A stretch of DNA of 63,058 nt, filler included, from Chiloscyllium plagiosum (Eukaryota): the NCBI RefSeq assembly GCF_004010195.1. It is 6 parts of 6 records of this genome, joined end to end, with 100 filler letters (N's around TTAATTAATTAA, not from the genome) between each part and the next. Parts side by side here need not be neighbours in the genome. Positions count along the whole stretch, not along the records: positions 1 to 28,709 come from NC_057717.1; positions 28,810 to 47,952 come from NC_057735.1; 4 more parts are not named here. One strand, given 5' to 3'. A model generated the notes under the pieces. The model was not told the DNA's origin and ran no database searches. It was given only the letters and a program-made list of their open reading frames with translations. Shown here piece after piece: positions 26,551 through 39,680 of the stretch (position 1 is its first letter; every line of letters starts with the position of its first letter). The position numbers were made by a program, and so were the translations under genes.

Positions 26551-27711
26551 ATATGATGACAAAACGTAAAGCTCGGAGTCTGACGAAGTCACAGGCGGTA
26601 AAGGGAAGTTGTGAACAGAGCTATGATGCAATATGCACAGGTTGACATGGGTAAGTTGAGAGTTCAGTGGTGAAGGTCTAAGGTCATGTCTGAGGGAGTG
26701 GCGTCCGGTCAGGGATTGTCAAAATTCTGGTGCCAGGGCCAGGTTCACCACGGACCAGGTGCAGGGTGGCAGGAGTGGAATTGAGTGAAAGGAATCGAGA
26801 TTACATTCTCGTCCATAATATGGATTGTCTTGAATGTGTGTTATGTCTTGTGATGGGAATCCTGTCTTCCAAGGGTGAATGAGTGTGTCACAGAGTAAGG
26901 GTTGTCAAAGTGAATGGAAATTGACGTCGAGACAGAAAGTCAGAGCAGTGATTAATCTGACAGATTAGAGTTTTGCAATAAACTGCGTGTCAGTTTGATA
27001 GTTATTGAAGTTAAAGTGTATTTGTTCATTTCTCGAATCATTTATACATAAATGCTCAGTTCAGCTAGCTGTCACACTCCAAAGTCTCTGAAACTTTAAT
27101 GGTCCTATTTGTTTCAGAGACCTCCAGAATTCAGATAATTGTCAAGTCGATCAATGAGCTTCCAGGCAATTAGCATGATATCAGCTTTGACAGATATTCT
27201 CTCAGTCCCAGTGCTCTGCAACTGCCTTATTTCCAGAGAGCGGATTCTGGCTGACATTGATAAGCTGGGAAGGTACAATGGACTCGAAACGTTCACTCTG
27301 GTTTCTCTCCACAGATGCTGCCAGTTGTTGGGTTTCTCCAGCAACTTCGGTTTTCGTTTCCAATTCCAACTTCCACGTTTTCTTGGTTTGTATTTTGTGA
27401 AAACTCTATGCTCGTCACTTGCAATCCAATGAAAGTGTCAGTTGGTGAGAGTTTCAGCAGTTACTCTAAGTCAGATCAGGGTGTTCCTATTTCTTAATTA
27501 TATAGTAATGGTCAAGGTAGAGGGCATGTTTCTTAAGAGGGAACCAATAGATCATGATCAACGACTGATTGGAAACAAAAATAAATTCAAGGTATACTAA
27601 AGATTTTAACAGGAACACACTGGTATACGTTTACAGCTGAGGAAACATTTGGGTAACCAATAAAGTCGAATTAACAGAAACTAACTTGCTCGACTAGTCA
27701 TTCTATCCTTG

Positions 27712-28011
27712 AGACTGCATCTGCCCCCAAACTTTATGGAGTTGTCTTCTCCTGTCAGCAACACAACACTGACGGTTCTGTGATCTTTGGTTGTTTGGCC
27801 ATGGACAATAACACTGACGTTACCAAGGTGACCTGGAAGAAAGGTGGGGTGCCAATCACGACTGCAGTGAAGACTTATCCATCCTTGAGGAACAACAAGG
27901 GAACTTACATCCTGAGAAGCCAGTTGACCCTGCCTGAGTCAGAGGCAGATTGCAGTAAATTCTCCTGTGAGGTTCAACATAGCGGGTCAAAGCAGAGCAC
28001 TGGAATGCTAT
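27712..28011 (+). pseudogene. IGHM: Shark IgM heavy-chain CH1 exon, probably non-functional orphan
   Basis: (E)TASAPKLYGVVFSCQQHNTDGSVIFGCLAMDNNTDVTKVTWKKGGVPITTAVKTYPSLRNNKGTYILRSQLTLPESEADCSKFSCEVQHSGSKQSTGML matches shark Cmu1. Phase-1 donor GTAAAT at 28012. The expected phase-1 acceptor at 27710-27711 reads TG instead of AG, and the conserved DYSP motif is replaced by DNNT. Confidence 0.85.
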
Positions 28012-28709
28012 GTAAATCTTGTGGGAACTGAGGTGAACAGCACACCTGTGGTTAACATGAATAGGGCATTAGTTATAATACATTTGACATCGTCATAGAG
28101 ATATAGAGTACAGTGAAAGTTCCTGTGGTCCATCCAGTCCACACCTATCAATAACAGCCCCCTAACTATTCCAGTCCAGTATATCCGCAATTGATGCATT
28201 GCTTTGTTTGACTTGACATTTCTTATGTGCATCTGCATATGTCTCACACGTTATGCGGTGCCTAGCCTCTTCAAGACTTACTCACACTGAGCTGCAGATT
28301 CACACACTCTGTGTGATTTTGGTTTCCCCAATATCCTCCTGTCCTTACTGTAAACCTAGGCCCTTGAGACATTGCTCCATCCATTAAGGGGAACGGATTT
28401 GTCCTGTTTACTCTGTATATGTCTACCGTAATTCGAGACATCACAATCATCTTCTCTCTCATTCTTCTCTGCTCCAAGTAAAACCCCAGTTGGGTTCATG
28501 ACATTCCATAAATTAAAAACTTCTAGCCCAGGAAAAGTCCTGGAAAATCTTAATAATGCTGCCTTGTGTGTAATCACATTCCTTCCATAACATGCAGTCC
28601 TATACATCGCACAATGCTTCATGTCTGGCCTAACCAGTGTTTTATTAATTTCCAGTATCATCTCCCAACACCTAATGTAAATGTCTTGGCTCATTAAAGC
28701 AAATACCCG

Positions 28710-28809
28710 NNNNNNNNNNNNNNNNNNNNNNNNNNNNNNNNNNNNNNNNNNNNTTAATTAATTAANNNNNNNNNNNNNNNNNNNNNNNNNNNNNNNNNNN
28801 NNNNNNNNN
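28710..28809. other. Artificial scaffold-joining linker (44 N + TTAATTAATTAA + 44 N)
   Basis: Identical 100-nt structure also at 47953-48052, 56361-56460, 58113-58212 and 61293-61392. The 12-mer gives stops in all six frames. Confidence 0.98.
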
Positions 28810-29005
28810 TACAAGGAATAATTGAATGGAGGAAAGATTTAAAACATCAATATTTTTCCGAATGCCCTAAACAAACCAGGGGCTGAGTTTTCCCATTCCC
28901 ACCTTGAGCAAGTGCACATTGGGGCATCAAGTTCCATTTCCCAGGCCCATCCCAATACCCCCAACTTTCTCCGCGCTTCCAAATGGACAGACAGAGAAAA
29001 ACAGT

Positions 29006-29885
29006 TCAAAGTTTGTGAGAAGATTTGTAGCTCGGGGGCTCGTTGCTGTGGTTCTGTTCGCCGAGCTGAGAATTTGTGTTGCAGACATTTCGTCCCCTGT
29101 CTAGGTGACATACTCAGTGCTTGGGAGCCTCCTGTGAAGCGCTTCTGTGATCTCTCCTCCGGCATTTATAGTGGTTTGTCTCTGCAGCTTCCAGTTGTCA
29201 GTTCCAGCTGTCCGCTGCAGTGGTCAGTAATTTGGGTCCAGGTCGATGTGTTTGTTGATAGAATCTGTGGATGAGTGCCATGCCTCTAGGAATTCCCTGG
29301 CTGTTCTCTGTTTGGCTTGTCCGAAAATAGTAGTGTTGTCCCAGTAGGACCCATGTTACTTGTCATCTGCGTGTGTGGCTACTAAGGATAGCTGGTCATG
29401 TCATTTCGTGGCTAGTTGGTGTTCATGGATATGAATCGTTAGCTGTCTTCCTGTTTGTCCTATGTAGTGTTTTGTGCAGTCCTTGCATNNNNNNNNNNNN
29501 NNNNNNNNNNNNNNNNNNNNNNNNNNNNNNNNNNNNNNNNNNNNNNNNNNNNNNNNNNNNNNNNNNNNNNNNNNNNNNNNNNNNNNNNNNNNNNNNNNNN
29601 NNNNNNNNNNNNNNNNNNNNNNNNNNNNNNNNNNNGCATCTGCATGGACGTGTGTGTTGGGGACATGTCTGCATGCTTTCGTAGTTCAGGACGTGGTCTG
29701 TGTGTGTGGCTTTCCTGTGTACCTTTGTGGTGAATTCTCCGTTCGGTGTTCTCTGTACCATCACGTCTAGGAATGGGAGTTGGTTGTCCTTTTCTTCCTC
29801 TCTAGTGAATTGGATTCCTGTGAGTGTGGTGTTGATGATCCGTTGTGTGTTTTCTATTTCTGTGTTTTTAATGATTACAAAGGTA
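29006..29885 (-). mobile_element. Penelope-like element fragment (RT C-terminus, GIY-YIG region, terminal repeat)
   Basis: GIQFTREEEKDNQLPFLDVMVQRTPNGEFTTKVHRKATHTDHVLNY, then ..REFLEAWHSSTDSINKHIDLDP and the terminal repeat. Confidence 0.85.
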
Positions 29886-29924
29886 ATCTTAGTACGACCA
29901 CTAGGACTCATAGAGTCCTCGTGG

Positions 29925-30303
29925 CATAGAGTACAATCGGTGAGTGGGGGAGGGCTGAAGGTGATAGGTCAGGGTCTGGGGGAGGGTGGAGTGGATAGGT
30001 GTAAAAGAAGATAAGCGGGTAGGACAAGTCATGGGGACAGTGCTGAGCTGGAAGTTTGGAAGTGGGGTGAGGTGGGGGAAGGGGAAATGAGGAAACTGTT
30101 GAAGTCCACATTGATGCCCTGGGGTTGAAGTGTTCTGAGGCGGAAGATGAGGCGTTCTTCCTCCAGGCGTCTGGTGGTGAGGGAGCGGCAGTGAAGGAGG
30201 CCCAGGACCTCCATTTCCTCGGCAGAATGGGCGGGGGAATTGAAATGTTGGGCCACAGGGCAGTGTGGTTGATTGGTGCGGGTGTCCTGGAGATGTTCCC
30301 CAA
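29925..30303 (-). mobile_element. Second Penelope-like family, GIY-YIG endonuclease C-terminus
   Basis: FGEHLQDTRTNQPHCPVAQHFNSPAHS..MEVLGLLHCRSLTTRRLEEERLIFRLRTLQPQGINVDF. Partial second copy at 30465-30610. Confidence 0.85.
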
Positions 30304-31058
30304 ACGCGCTCTGATTCAACACAAGGAATTCCGTGTTGAAAATCGAGCTTGAGATCACAAATTACAAGGCTATAATCATGAACTAGGAGGTGTTATTTGA
30401 TTAAATATTTTCTTTCCTGATTCTCAGGCAGATATCAACCATTGATCATTATCATATTCCAATAAGTGTTCCGAGGCGGAAGATGAAGCGTTCTTCCTCC
30501 AGGCGTCTGGTGGTGACGGAGCGGCAGTGAAGGAGCCCAGGACCTCCATGTCCTCCAGAATGGTGGGTGGGGGAGTTGAAATGTTGGGCCACAGGGCGGT
30601 GTGGTTGATGTCACCTAGACAGGGGACGAAACGTCTGCAACACAAATTCTCAGCTCGGCGAACAGAACCACGACAGAGAAAAACAGTGAAACAAAGGGAG
30701 GAATTTCCCTCCCCTGAGCTTCATTCATCTTCCCAACATCAAAGATCAGTGTAAATGGAAAATATAAATCAATCGTATGGTCACGAGTCTCCCCTTGAAG
30801 CACTGACTGAGCAGAATCTGGCCCCATTGGTAATCACAGGCCAACCTTTCACGAATATTGGAACTCAGTGTACACTATCATGTTTGTGACAGAATCGGTG
30901 AATCTGATTCAACACAAGGAATTCCGTGTTGAAAATCGAGCTTGAGATCACAAATTACAAGGCAATAATCATGAAATAGGAGGTGTTATTTGATTAAATA
31001 TTTTCTTTCCTGATTCTCAGGCAGATATCAACCATTGATCATTATCATATTCCAATAG

Positions 31059-31376
31059 GTTCACATCAATTAACTGGGCCCAAGGAGGTTCGTGGAGAAG
31101 TTGGAGGTTCAGTCACTGTCGACTGTCGCTATGATCAGAAATACAAGGAGCATAAGAAACAATGGTGTAAGGGTCGTGTCTTCATTACCTGTTCTGTTAT
31201 TGTTTCGACTGATAATCCACAAAAACAAGGAGTATCATTGACCGATAACAAAACACGCGGGATATTTTCAGTAACCATGGATAACCTGAAGAAGAGTGAT
31301 GAAGGATTATACTGGTGTGAGATAGAAGTAGTTTTGCTAAACATAAGGGATTCCGTCAAATTAGAAGTTTTTGAAG
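31059..31376 (+). CDS. Ig V-set exon of a CD300/pIgR/FCAMR-family (CMRF35-like) receptor
   Basis: Acceptor TTCCAATAG, donor G|GTAAGA, 318 nt, phase 1/1, no stops: (G)SHQLTGPKEVRGEVGGSVTVDCRYDQKYKEHKKQWCKGRVFITCSVIVSTDNPQKQGVSLTDNKTRGIFSVTMDNLKKSDEGLYWCEIEVVLLNIRDSVKLEVFE. Has CxY, KxWC..C (extra C-C' cysteine pair) and DxGxYWC. Leader exon not identified. Confidence 0.92.
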
Positions 31377-32268
31377 GTAAGATGATCATGTCTTTCTACT
31401 CTGTCTACCCTGCCCAAGATTAAATATTTGAAATGAGAGATAACCCTAGCTCTGCTCTGACAGTGACCCCCTGACAAATCCTGAGCTCCCCACAGGGGTG
31501 GTCACTCTTTTACTGAAAATGCCTGAAATCTGGGAATTCTCTCCATGGGGACGGGCACCGGGAGAATGTCACACTATGTACAGCACACAGCCCTGCCAAA
31601 TCCCCGATGGCTCACCAGCCTTTCCTTCCATTTCTCCCGGGTGACCATGGCTCCAGTGTGGAGTCTGGCTCAGTTAGTACCCTCGCGACAGCTCTGCACA
31701 CAGCAGGACAGAGGGTGGTCTTTTACCCACAAAGGCCATTGGGTCATTGACTTATTGAAAAGGATGGATCACGATTAGTGATGGCCATTCGTGTGTCTGC
31801 AAGGAGAGTTAGAATATAAAACCCGAGCCTGAAGCAGCCCCAATAGCAAGGTCAACTATTGCTGCAGAGATATGGTGGTGAGGGGTGCCTCCATACGTCT
31901 CAGAGTGACTGTAATGGAGTGTCCACTACAAGGCACTGGTGTTTATCTCAGTGGGTTCCCTACAACACTTCACTCCTGATGTCATATGATTTTGTATGGA
32001 TTGTGATAACCCAAACTTGATCATGTTGTTAGTTTAAATATCTACTGGTTACTCAGGATCCTGCTGTGGTAATATCCCACAGTAATGGGAAATTATTGAT
32101 CTTCCTTCCTGTCACCTTGCCTATGATTTTTTAAAACTCTCCACCTCCCATCCCAAATCCAGAAGTCTCAAAAGCAAACCCATTCTAATCATGCCAATTC
32201 CTGTGGTGTCACTGTCTGATCTATTTATATTATTAATATCATTTGTCTTCAGTTTGAGTTTGGGTTTT

Positions 32269-33659
32269 ACTTTGACTTTTGGACAGTCCTGTGAAGTTCT
32301 TCCATGGAGCAGGTTGTATCGACCAATGCTCCGGAGAACAGAAGGATGTAGCGGAACTAGGTTACCTCAGAGTAAAGAGTTGGCGGTGTGCGTCCCAGAC
32401 CAGCAGCTTTAGGCTAAAACCCTGAAGAGATGATGGAAAGCTGAGTGTTTTTGAACTCTGGTGTTTAATAGCTCCAGGAACAAGCTATCAGCACTTCCAG
32501 TCTGTCGGTTAAAATCACTGGTGACATAATCACATCGAGGTGTGAGAGAGACAGGGCCTCTAGCAGGAGGAGTGTACAGGTGGTGTTTTGGTGCCTGTAC
32601 AAGATGTGCTTTGATACTGTATAAATGCTGTTGCTTTTCATTTCAATTTTAAAAGGAAAGATTTGTCATTCATGGGGTTATATTTCACTGCATGCTTTAA
32701 CTTTCAATTTGTGTTATAAGCTGATAGTTTGATTCATTCTATTTCATCTTCATTTGTGTTGAGGAGCCAGTGGTGGACTGAGGTGCACAAAGTTAAAAAT
32801 CACACAACACCAGGTTATTAGATTAGATTATAGATTATATTACAGTGTGGAAAAAGGCCCTTCGGCCCAACAAGTCCACACCGCCCCGCCGAAGCGCAAC
32901 CCATCCATACCCCTACATTTACCCCTTACCTAACACTACAGACAATTTAGCATGGCCAATTCACCTGACCTGCACATCTTTGGACTGTGGGAGGAAACCA
33001 TAGTCCAACAGGTTTACTTAGAAGCACTAGCTTTTGAAGTGCTGCTCCATCTTCAGGTGATTGTGAAGCAACACTAAATGACACAGAATTTATAGCAAAA
33101 GATTACAGCGTCATGGAAGGAAAATGATATGTTTAACAAATCTAAATTGTTGTTAAGTCTTTCATCTTTTACAATGGGTCGCAGGTTTTGGTTCATTAAT
33201 ATGTAGGTCCCACAACATATTTTCAGTCATTTTCTCAACATATGTTAATTTTAATAAAAAGGGTAACATCTAAGCTCAGATAATGCATTAAAGATGTGAG
33301 GTTCGAGTCTGTCTGTATCCCGATCTTGAGTCAGACTGGTTCTGTTTCCAAAATGGAATTTACAAAATATTACACGAATTTACAAAATATTACACATGTG
33401 ATTATGTCACCAGTGATTTTAACCGACAGACTGGAAGTGCTGATAGCTTGTTTCTGGAGCTATTAGACACCTGAGTTTAAAAGCACTCAGCTTTCCATCA
33501 TCTCTTCAGGGTTTTAGCCTAAAGCTACTGGTCTGGGACCAACACCAACTCTTTGCTCTGAGGTAACCTAGTTCCACTACATCCTTTTGTTCTCCGGAGC
33601 ATTAGTCTATACAACCTGCTTCATGGAAGAACTTCACAGGACTGTCCAAAAGTCAAAGT
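32269..33659. repeat. ~265-bp inverted repeat (arms 32269-32535 and 33396-33659)
   Basis: ACTTTGACTTTTGGACAGTCCTGTGAAG...GGTGACATAATCACAT matches its reverse complement ATGTGATTATGTCACC...CTTCACAGGACTGTCCAAAAGTCAAAGT with scattered mismatches. Confidence 0.92.
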
Positions 33660-34295
33660 GTGTGCAATGACTGCCTTCGGGTTGTGCATTTGTTGAGCAA
33701 AATAGAATATTGCTGCAAAAATATTTCTGCAAATACAAATTCACCCCATTGACTGATATGAGTGTGCACTTGTAGGAGAGAGAGAGAATGTGTGTGAATG
33801 TGAGTGTGTGTGTGTGAGTGTGAGAACACGTGAGAGAGTGTGCTTGCGTGTGTGCAAGCATGGTAGAGTGTGTGTGCATGAGTGTAATGTGGCATTATCC
33901 AGTGAGAGAATGCATGTGTGTGTGTATGTATGGGAGAGTGTATGTTTGAGTGAGGATCCGCATAAGTGTGTGAATATGCAAGAGTGTGTGTGTGTGTGAG
34001 TGTGGATGAGTGTATAGTGTAGTGCGGTCACCTGTAGTGTGACATCAACCAAAGGTCCCAGTTGGATGGGTACCGAACTTGGCTATCAGCCTCTGCCCGG
34101 CCACTTTGCGTTGTTGCCTGTCCCAAAGTCCACCTTGGAGGAAGGTCACCCAAAGATTGGCGACCTCTGAAGTATTCCCCAAATGGGAGGGAACACCCCT
34201 GTCTGGTGATTGTTGTGTGGTGGCCATTCATCTGTTGTCGTAGCGCCTGATTGGTCTCACCAATGTACCATACCTCGGGGCATCCTTGCCTGTAA
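32785..34295 (-). mobile_element. Penelope-like element 3' part (GIY-YIG, (CA)n tract, terminal repeat), interrupted by a SINE fragment and the inverted copy
   Basis: RQGCPEVWYIGETNQALRQQMNGH..RKVAGQRLIAKFGTH (34060-34290). Terminal repeat at 32790-33060 is split by an HE1-type SINE 3' half (32818-33000). Confidence 0.8.
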
Positions 34296-35529
34296 TAACA
34301 ATTTGACTTTATATAGTTCAGTCCATTTGCAGTGAATTCAGGATTCAATCTTCCTTTCTTATTATATCCTGCATTATGTCACAATGGTTCAGGAGGATGG
34401 CAATTAAAGGATCCGAGGTATCTCATATGAATTTCCAACTGAACGAGATTAAAGTGGGATGAGTCCGTGGATGAATTGGAAATCATGTACTTTTATATGT
34501 CAGTCGGCGGCAATAGGAAGGTGTGAAATAAGAAGTGACTATGAAGAGATCCTTTGCGGGCGCGGTGTGCAGGTTTTTTTTTTACTTTGTGTGAATCATT
34601 AAAGAAGATGTTAAATTGCATAATCACAATTTCAGAAATGTGTCGAACATGAGAGTGACATATTTGGTTTGGAAGGGATTTGCACCATCATACAAGTATG
34701 GTGGTAAGTCACATAGCAGCCAGTATCTGATAAAGAGTCAGGATAGACCTTAGTGACAGAATGAAGGGTCCTGCATCAGGTCCTCCTAATAACGGGGACT
34801 CCTTTGCTCCTCAGATCTGCCTGACCTGCTGTGCTTTATTCTAGCCCCACATTTTACCGACTTAGATGCAGAATGGCCTGACACAGCTTCAATGAACGAT
34901 TTTGTAGTTTGTTAATTGGACATGGCATGATCTTCAAAGCAGAGAGATTCAATCGCTACTCCATTGTCATCACTAATGGACTGTAACAGCACCGGAAAAC
35001 CAAAGAGGGTGGCCGTGTGTTCCTAAATCTCTGCTTTGATCTCCTCAGCGTATTCGTGACTGCAATTGCGATACAAACTGTCCGCATATGAACAGCAAAA
35101 GACTTCTCTCATCAATACATTTACATGCATGGTAGGGGCTCGCTCCGCCTTGGTCGTGTCAAATTGACAGCAAAACCGAGTGGACGGACACTTTCGCTAA
35201 ACATTCACCTCTGAAGAGGAACAGACTTGCTGATAGCCTCCGTCCTGTCTGCCACTCTTCAGTGAGCTGCAGGGACTGAGGTGTCCTTGGACATTGACCA
35301 ACAGCTCACTCTCTTTTGTTGGGTACTGTGGTCAAACTCTTTTATATTCAACTTCAAAATCTTTTCGGATTACTTCTTCAATCATTGTAGTGTACATTTT
35401 GCAGCAGGTGCACATTGAACAGAGCAACACACACCCATAAAAAAGATAAAAACACCGACTCAGTCGAAAGCTGCTTCAGGTCTTTTTACTGCCATCATTA
35501 GGGTACCATATGTCCACCAGCTTCACAAC

Positions 35530-36930
35530 ACAGTTTTCGTTGTGGCCAATGGAGCTCAATGTAGATAAATTCAATACATTGGATTTTGGTAAGCCAAACA
35601 AGGATAGAACTTATGCTGTTGATGGGACGTCTGGGGAATGTTGCCGAACAGAGAGACCCAAGAGTTCAGTGACATGGTTACTTGAAAGTGGTTTAGCAGG
35701 TATACGGGGTGGTGAAGAAAATGCTTAACATTTTAACATATAGGAGGTTGAATCAATCCCTTTTAACTGAGAATGAATACTATGCGCGGATTGGCACTGA
35801 CTCCTTGAAAAGAGCATCGTGTCTGCTCATGGGGACTCTGAGGAGTTCGAAGAGAAAATGCGAAGAGCAATGTATATTCTCCTGGGTTTTCTGGTTCTCG
35901 CCTAGCTGATGCCTGTTTTAGAAGGAATATTTGCTAGACTTTTTTTTTAAGAGTGGCTGCTTATCTGAATAGGATCATGGAAGAGCAGATGAAGGCCATT
36001 CGTAATTCAAGATACTAATGTCTCTCATTTCAATGACTCTAATATGGAATTGGTGGGCTGAGTAGTGACAAATGGGGTTCTGCCAAATACGTGCGAGTAC
36101 ATGCACTTAGGTAGGCCCAATAAGACAAGGTCATAGCAAAAGATTGAGGTGCCCGTGCGGAAGCATCAACGATCACAAGGAAATGGGATTACATAGTCAC
36201 TGACTTCATAAGATATCCAGACAGGCAGATCAAATATTTAAGAAGTTACATATCATACTTGCCATTATGAACTGAGGTGCAAATTTAAACAAAGGTGATG
36301 TTTGAACAGCTTCAAATATTGCTCAGTCCACAGTGAGTATGTGCCTGATGGAGGTCTTGTGCCCAAGCATCATGTTTGCTCCTCGGATGATGACTGGACT
36401 GCTGAACTTTTCCTGTACTGTATTCTCGACTGATTATATTGTGTGCAGTTCTGGAATGCTCAACGGATGAGATATGAAATTTTATTGGAGAAGATGCAGT
36501 GGTTCTGGGGATTGGCCAGGATATTGCCTTGGGCTAGAGTGTTGAAGAGCGTTTCAACAGATTCGGTTTGTTTCCTTTTCAGTGAAGGAGATTGAGAGTG
36601 GACGTGATTGAGGTGTACAAATTTATCAGAGGCAGGAAGGATGCTTTTCCCCATCATTGGCGGTACAATGAATAGGAAGCTAAATATTAAGGTAAGCAGC
36701 AGAAAGTTTATGGTAAATGTGAGGAAAAACGTGTTTGTTCAGAGAGTGGTGGGGGTGAGAAACTCAGGTCGTCTACGTTTGGGAGAGCAAAACCCTCAAG
36801 CCATAAAGAAATATTCAAATGTGCATGCAATAAAGTGTGCCAAACGCTGGAAAATAGGATTTGAATAGTGAGGCAGTTGGGAGGATACGTTGGGCCAAAA
36901 GGCCTTTTCGTTTGCTGTCGGTTATGGACC
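35530..36930 (+). mobile_element. Highly decayed CR1 RT and 3' fragments
   Basis: WPMELNVDKFNTLDFGKPNK and VRKNVFVQRVVGV remnants. Confidence 0.6.
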
Positions 36931-38784
36931 TTGCTGACACTGTCGAGGGAAATGTACTTGACCGAATTAGCAGAATGATAACAATCTGTCGCTTGGAATG
37001 GCGCAGAATAATGTGCTGGGAGGCGGCGATGATGTGGTCGTGATGGGGGTTGGGAGTTTTTGGGGGCGGGCTTGGTGGTTGGGTCTCATACCAGCATTGC
37101 CTTTCTTTGTAGTCCAGAAAATAAGGATTGAACACTGATTTCTGTGACTCACTGATTTGAACAAAGCCAGAGGTTTGTTGTGGAAATTTGATAGCAAATT
37201 ACAGGGAGCGCATCATTGTTCGAGAGAGAGTACAGAAGGGATGCACACGAATGGAACTTGAATCTGAACGAGTAACTCTGGAAACTCCAACAATATACAA
37301 CAGTTCCTGGAACCTTGAACTAGAATGGGTAACTTTATCTTTCGACCGGTACAGAGATGTTGGGATGAACGTTCTGTCTGTTTGTGCCGTTACTTTACTG
37401 TGGTGCAATGATTCCCTTCTCCTTATCCTTCAGTAGCATGACAACGGGAATATTGGAATATTGCACAGCATTCTGGTTTGTGTGTGTATCAGTGATAGCA
37501 AACGTCAGGGTTGGTCTGTCTCGAACGTTGCGTCAATAATCTCTCCTCTTCAGTTCCATAGACGGATTCTCCTCTTGTGAATTTATCAGAGGAGTGTGCA
37601 GAGCAAATCGCTATGATGTAGGAGACGTTTACATCGTTGTGTATTGCCCTGAACGGTTACGCTGCTGTCAGAAGTAATGATTGAGTGATTGGGAATTGTC
37701 CCACATATAATCCCTCTGAAGCTGGAACTGATACTAACTGTATTCCTTGTTGTTCAGGTTCAGCTACAATGGATCAATTTAGTCACCCCTGAAGCATTGC
37801 ATTCTGACTTGTGGTAATCAAACTTCAAGCATTGATTGCAGCACATTGCCCTTTACGCATTTTTCATTGTTATTTCTTTGTCTGTTCATACCGACTGAAG
37901 GAGAGGAGAAGTTAGGAAAAGGCAAGAGCATCATCACATCTTATACATCGCACATAGACAGTATTACAGAATCATTGCTTCCCGCCAAGTCGCAGCTTCG
38001 ATCAGGAGCATTCCCTGTATATCCTTGCCCCACTGGAAGGACACAAACTCCAGAGATGATGGCGCAGTTGTGCCCACGGCCCAAAGTGACTGGCATCGGA
38101 TATCCTCAAACTTGGCGTCTAACTCTGCGTGATCTCACTCAGTACATCCAGACCTGGGAATAGAGTCCCTTTGCTGACTTTCCAACAAGTACCATCCCTC
38201 GGCCAGCCAATCCGCCTGCCTGTTAATAGAATTCCATATATAGAATGCTTTGAGGGGAGTGAACGGCACAGATCGGAATCTGGTTTGGTCAACTTAAACG
38301 GCTGACCGCATCGAACAGTGGGGATCAGATATAGAACTGATCGGAGTAGGGTTCCAACAGTATTCTACCCTGAGCATTGTGGGATCCTAGTCTGTTATTT
38401 TGAGTAACAATACTGAATCCACATTGCATGTTCCCCTCATATAGACATGTCGAGAGGGTGATTATTTTATCATTTTTAATAAAACACTTCTCCATCATTG
38501 TGATGTACAAATATCTGGTCATAATGCCTCTGTTATAGCCTAAAATGCAAGTCACCAACATGTTACCAATGCTCTGAAAGATGTTAGTGCTCCAAAAGGT
38601 TTTGATGAAGGGTCGCTCCATTCATCACTTCATCTGAAACGCCTATTAGCTCTCCTCTCACTCTCACTCAAGCATTCTTCATATTTCTGCTTCGCTCTCC
38701 TTCCTCACCCTCTCCATCTCACACTCTAATCGACCGCTTAACTTCTTGTTGTCTCAGTCTCATCGACATGCTCCTCCATTATGA

Positions 38785-39680
38785 TTTCAAACATAGAGCA
38801 GTACCTCAAAAGAACAGGCCCTTTGGCTCATCGTGTCTGTGCAGACATACAATGTGTTTCTAAACTGATTCCATTCGTCTGAACATGGTCAGAAAGCTGT
38901 TCTTTTCTCTGTACTCATGTTTCTCCCCACATTACATTGAAACGTTGCTGTCGTATCTGTTTTAACGCTTCCTCACAAGCTGGCAGCGTGTTACAGGCAC
39001 TTGCCACCCTTTGCATAAAAAATAATTTTGCCTCTCTTATCTACGTTAAAGTTTATCCTTCTCATCTTAAACCTGGTTTCTAATATTTCAACCCCGTGAA
39101 GATGGTCGTGCAATTCACTTTGTTCATGCCACTCATAATTTCATACACCTCTGTGAATGCACGACTGAACCTCTAAATCTCCCGTGAAAAGTTTATTGAA
39201 CTTCTCCTCATGGCAAATCCACTCGAACCCAGGCAGCATCCTAATAACTTTTGTGCGACATCTCCAAAGACGTCCTGTGCTGCGGAAAACAGATGTGCAC
39301 ACAATGTTGCAAGTGTCGCGGAACAATATTTTTCACAATCTGCCGAAAGATTTGTCAACTTTTACAGTCGATGTCCTGACTAATGAAGACTACCACTCCA
39401 CACGTCTTCTTTACCACGTAATCTGTTTTTTTTTTGCCACTTTCAGGCAGCAATGTATTTGCATCCCAATATTTGTCTGTGTATCAATGCTCCTCAGGGT
39501 CCTGCCAGTTACTGCATTAATTCCTCTTGCATCGACCTGCCAAAGTCAATGACTTCTAACAGAGTCAGATAATCATAGAGATGCGTAACAAAGCAAAAGT
39601 CCCTTCGGTCCAACTCGTCAGTGACAACCAGGTAACCTAAGTTAATCTAATACTATTTGCCATCAATGGACACTATTAAA
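38785..39680 (-). mobile_element. Decayed CR1 3' fragments
   Basis: RMLPGFEWICHEEKFNKL remnant and CR1-type 3' tails. Confidence 0.6.

Noticed and set aside
26720-26765. FWCQGQV resembling a JH WGQG motif upstream of CH1
   Set aside because: No upstream heptamer or nonamer, no T-x-V-T-V continuation and no proper donor.
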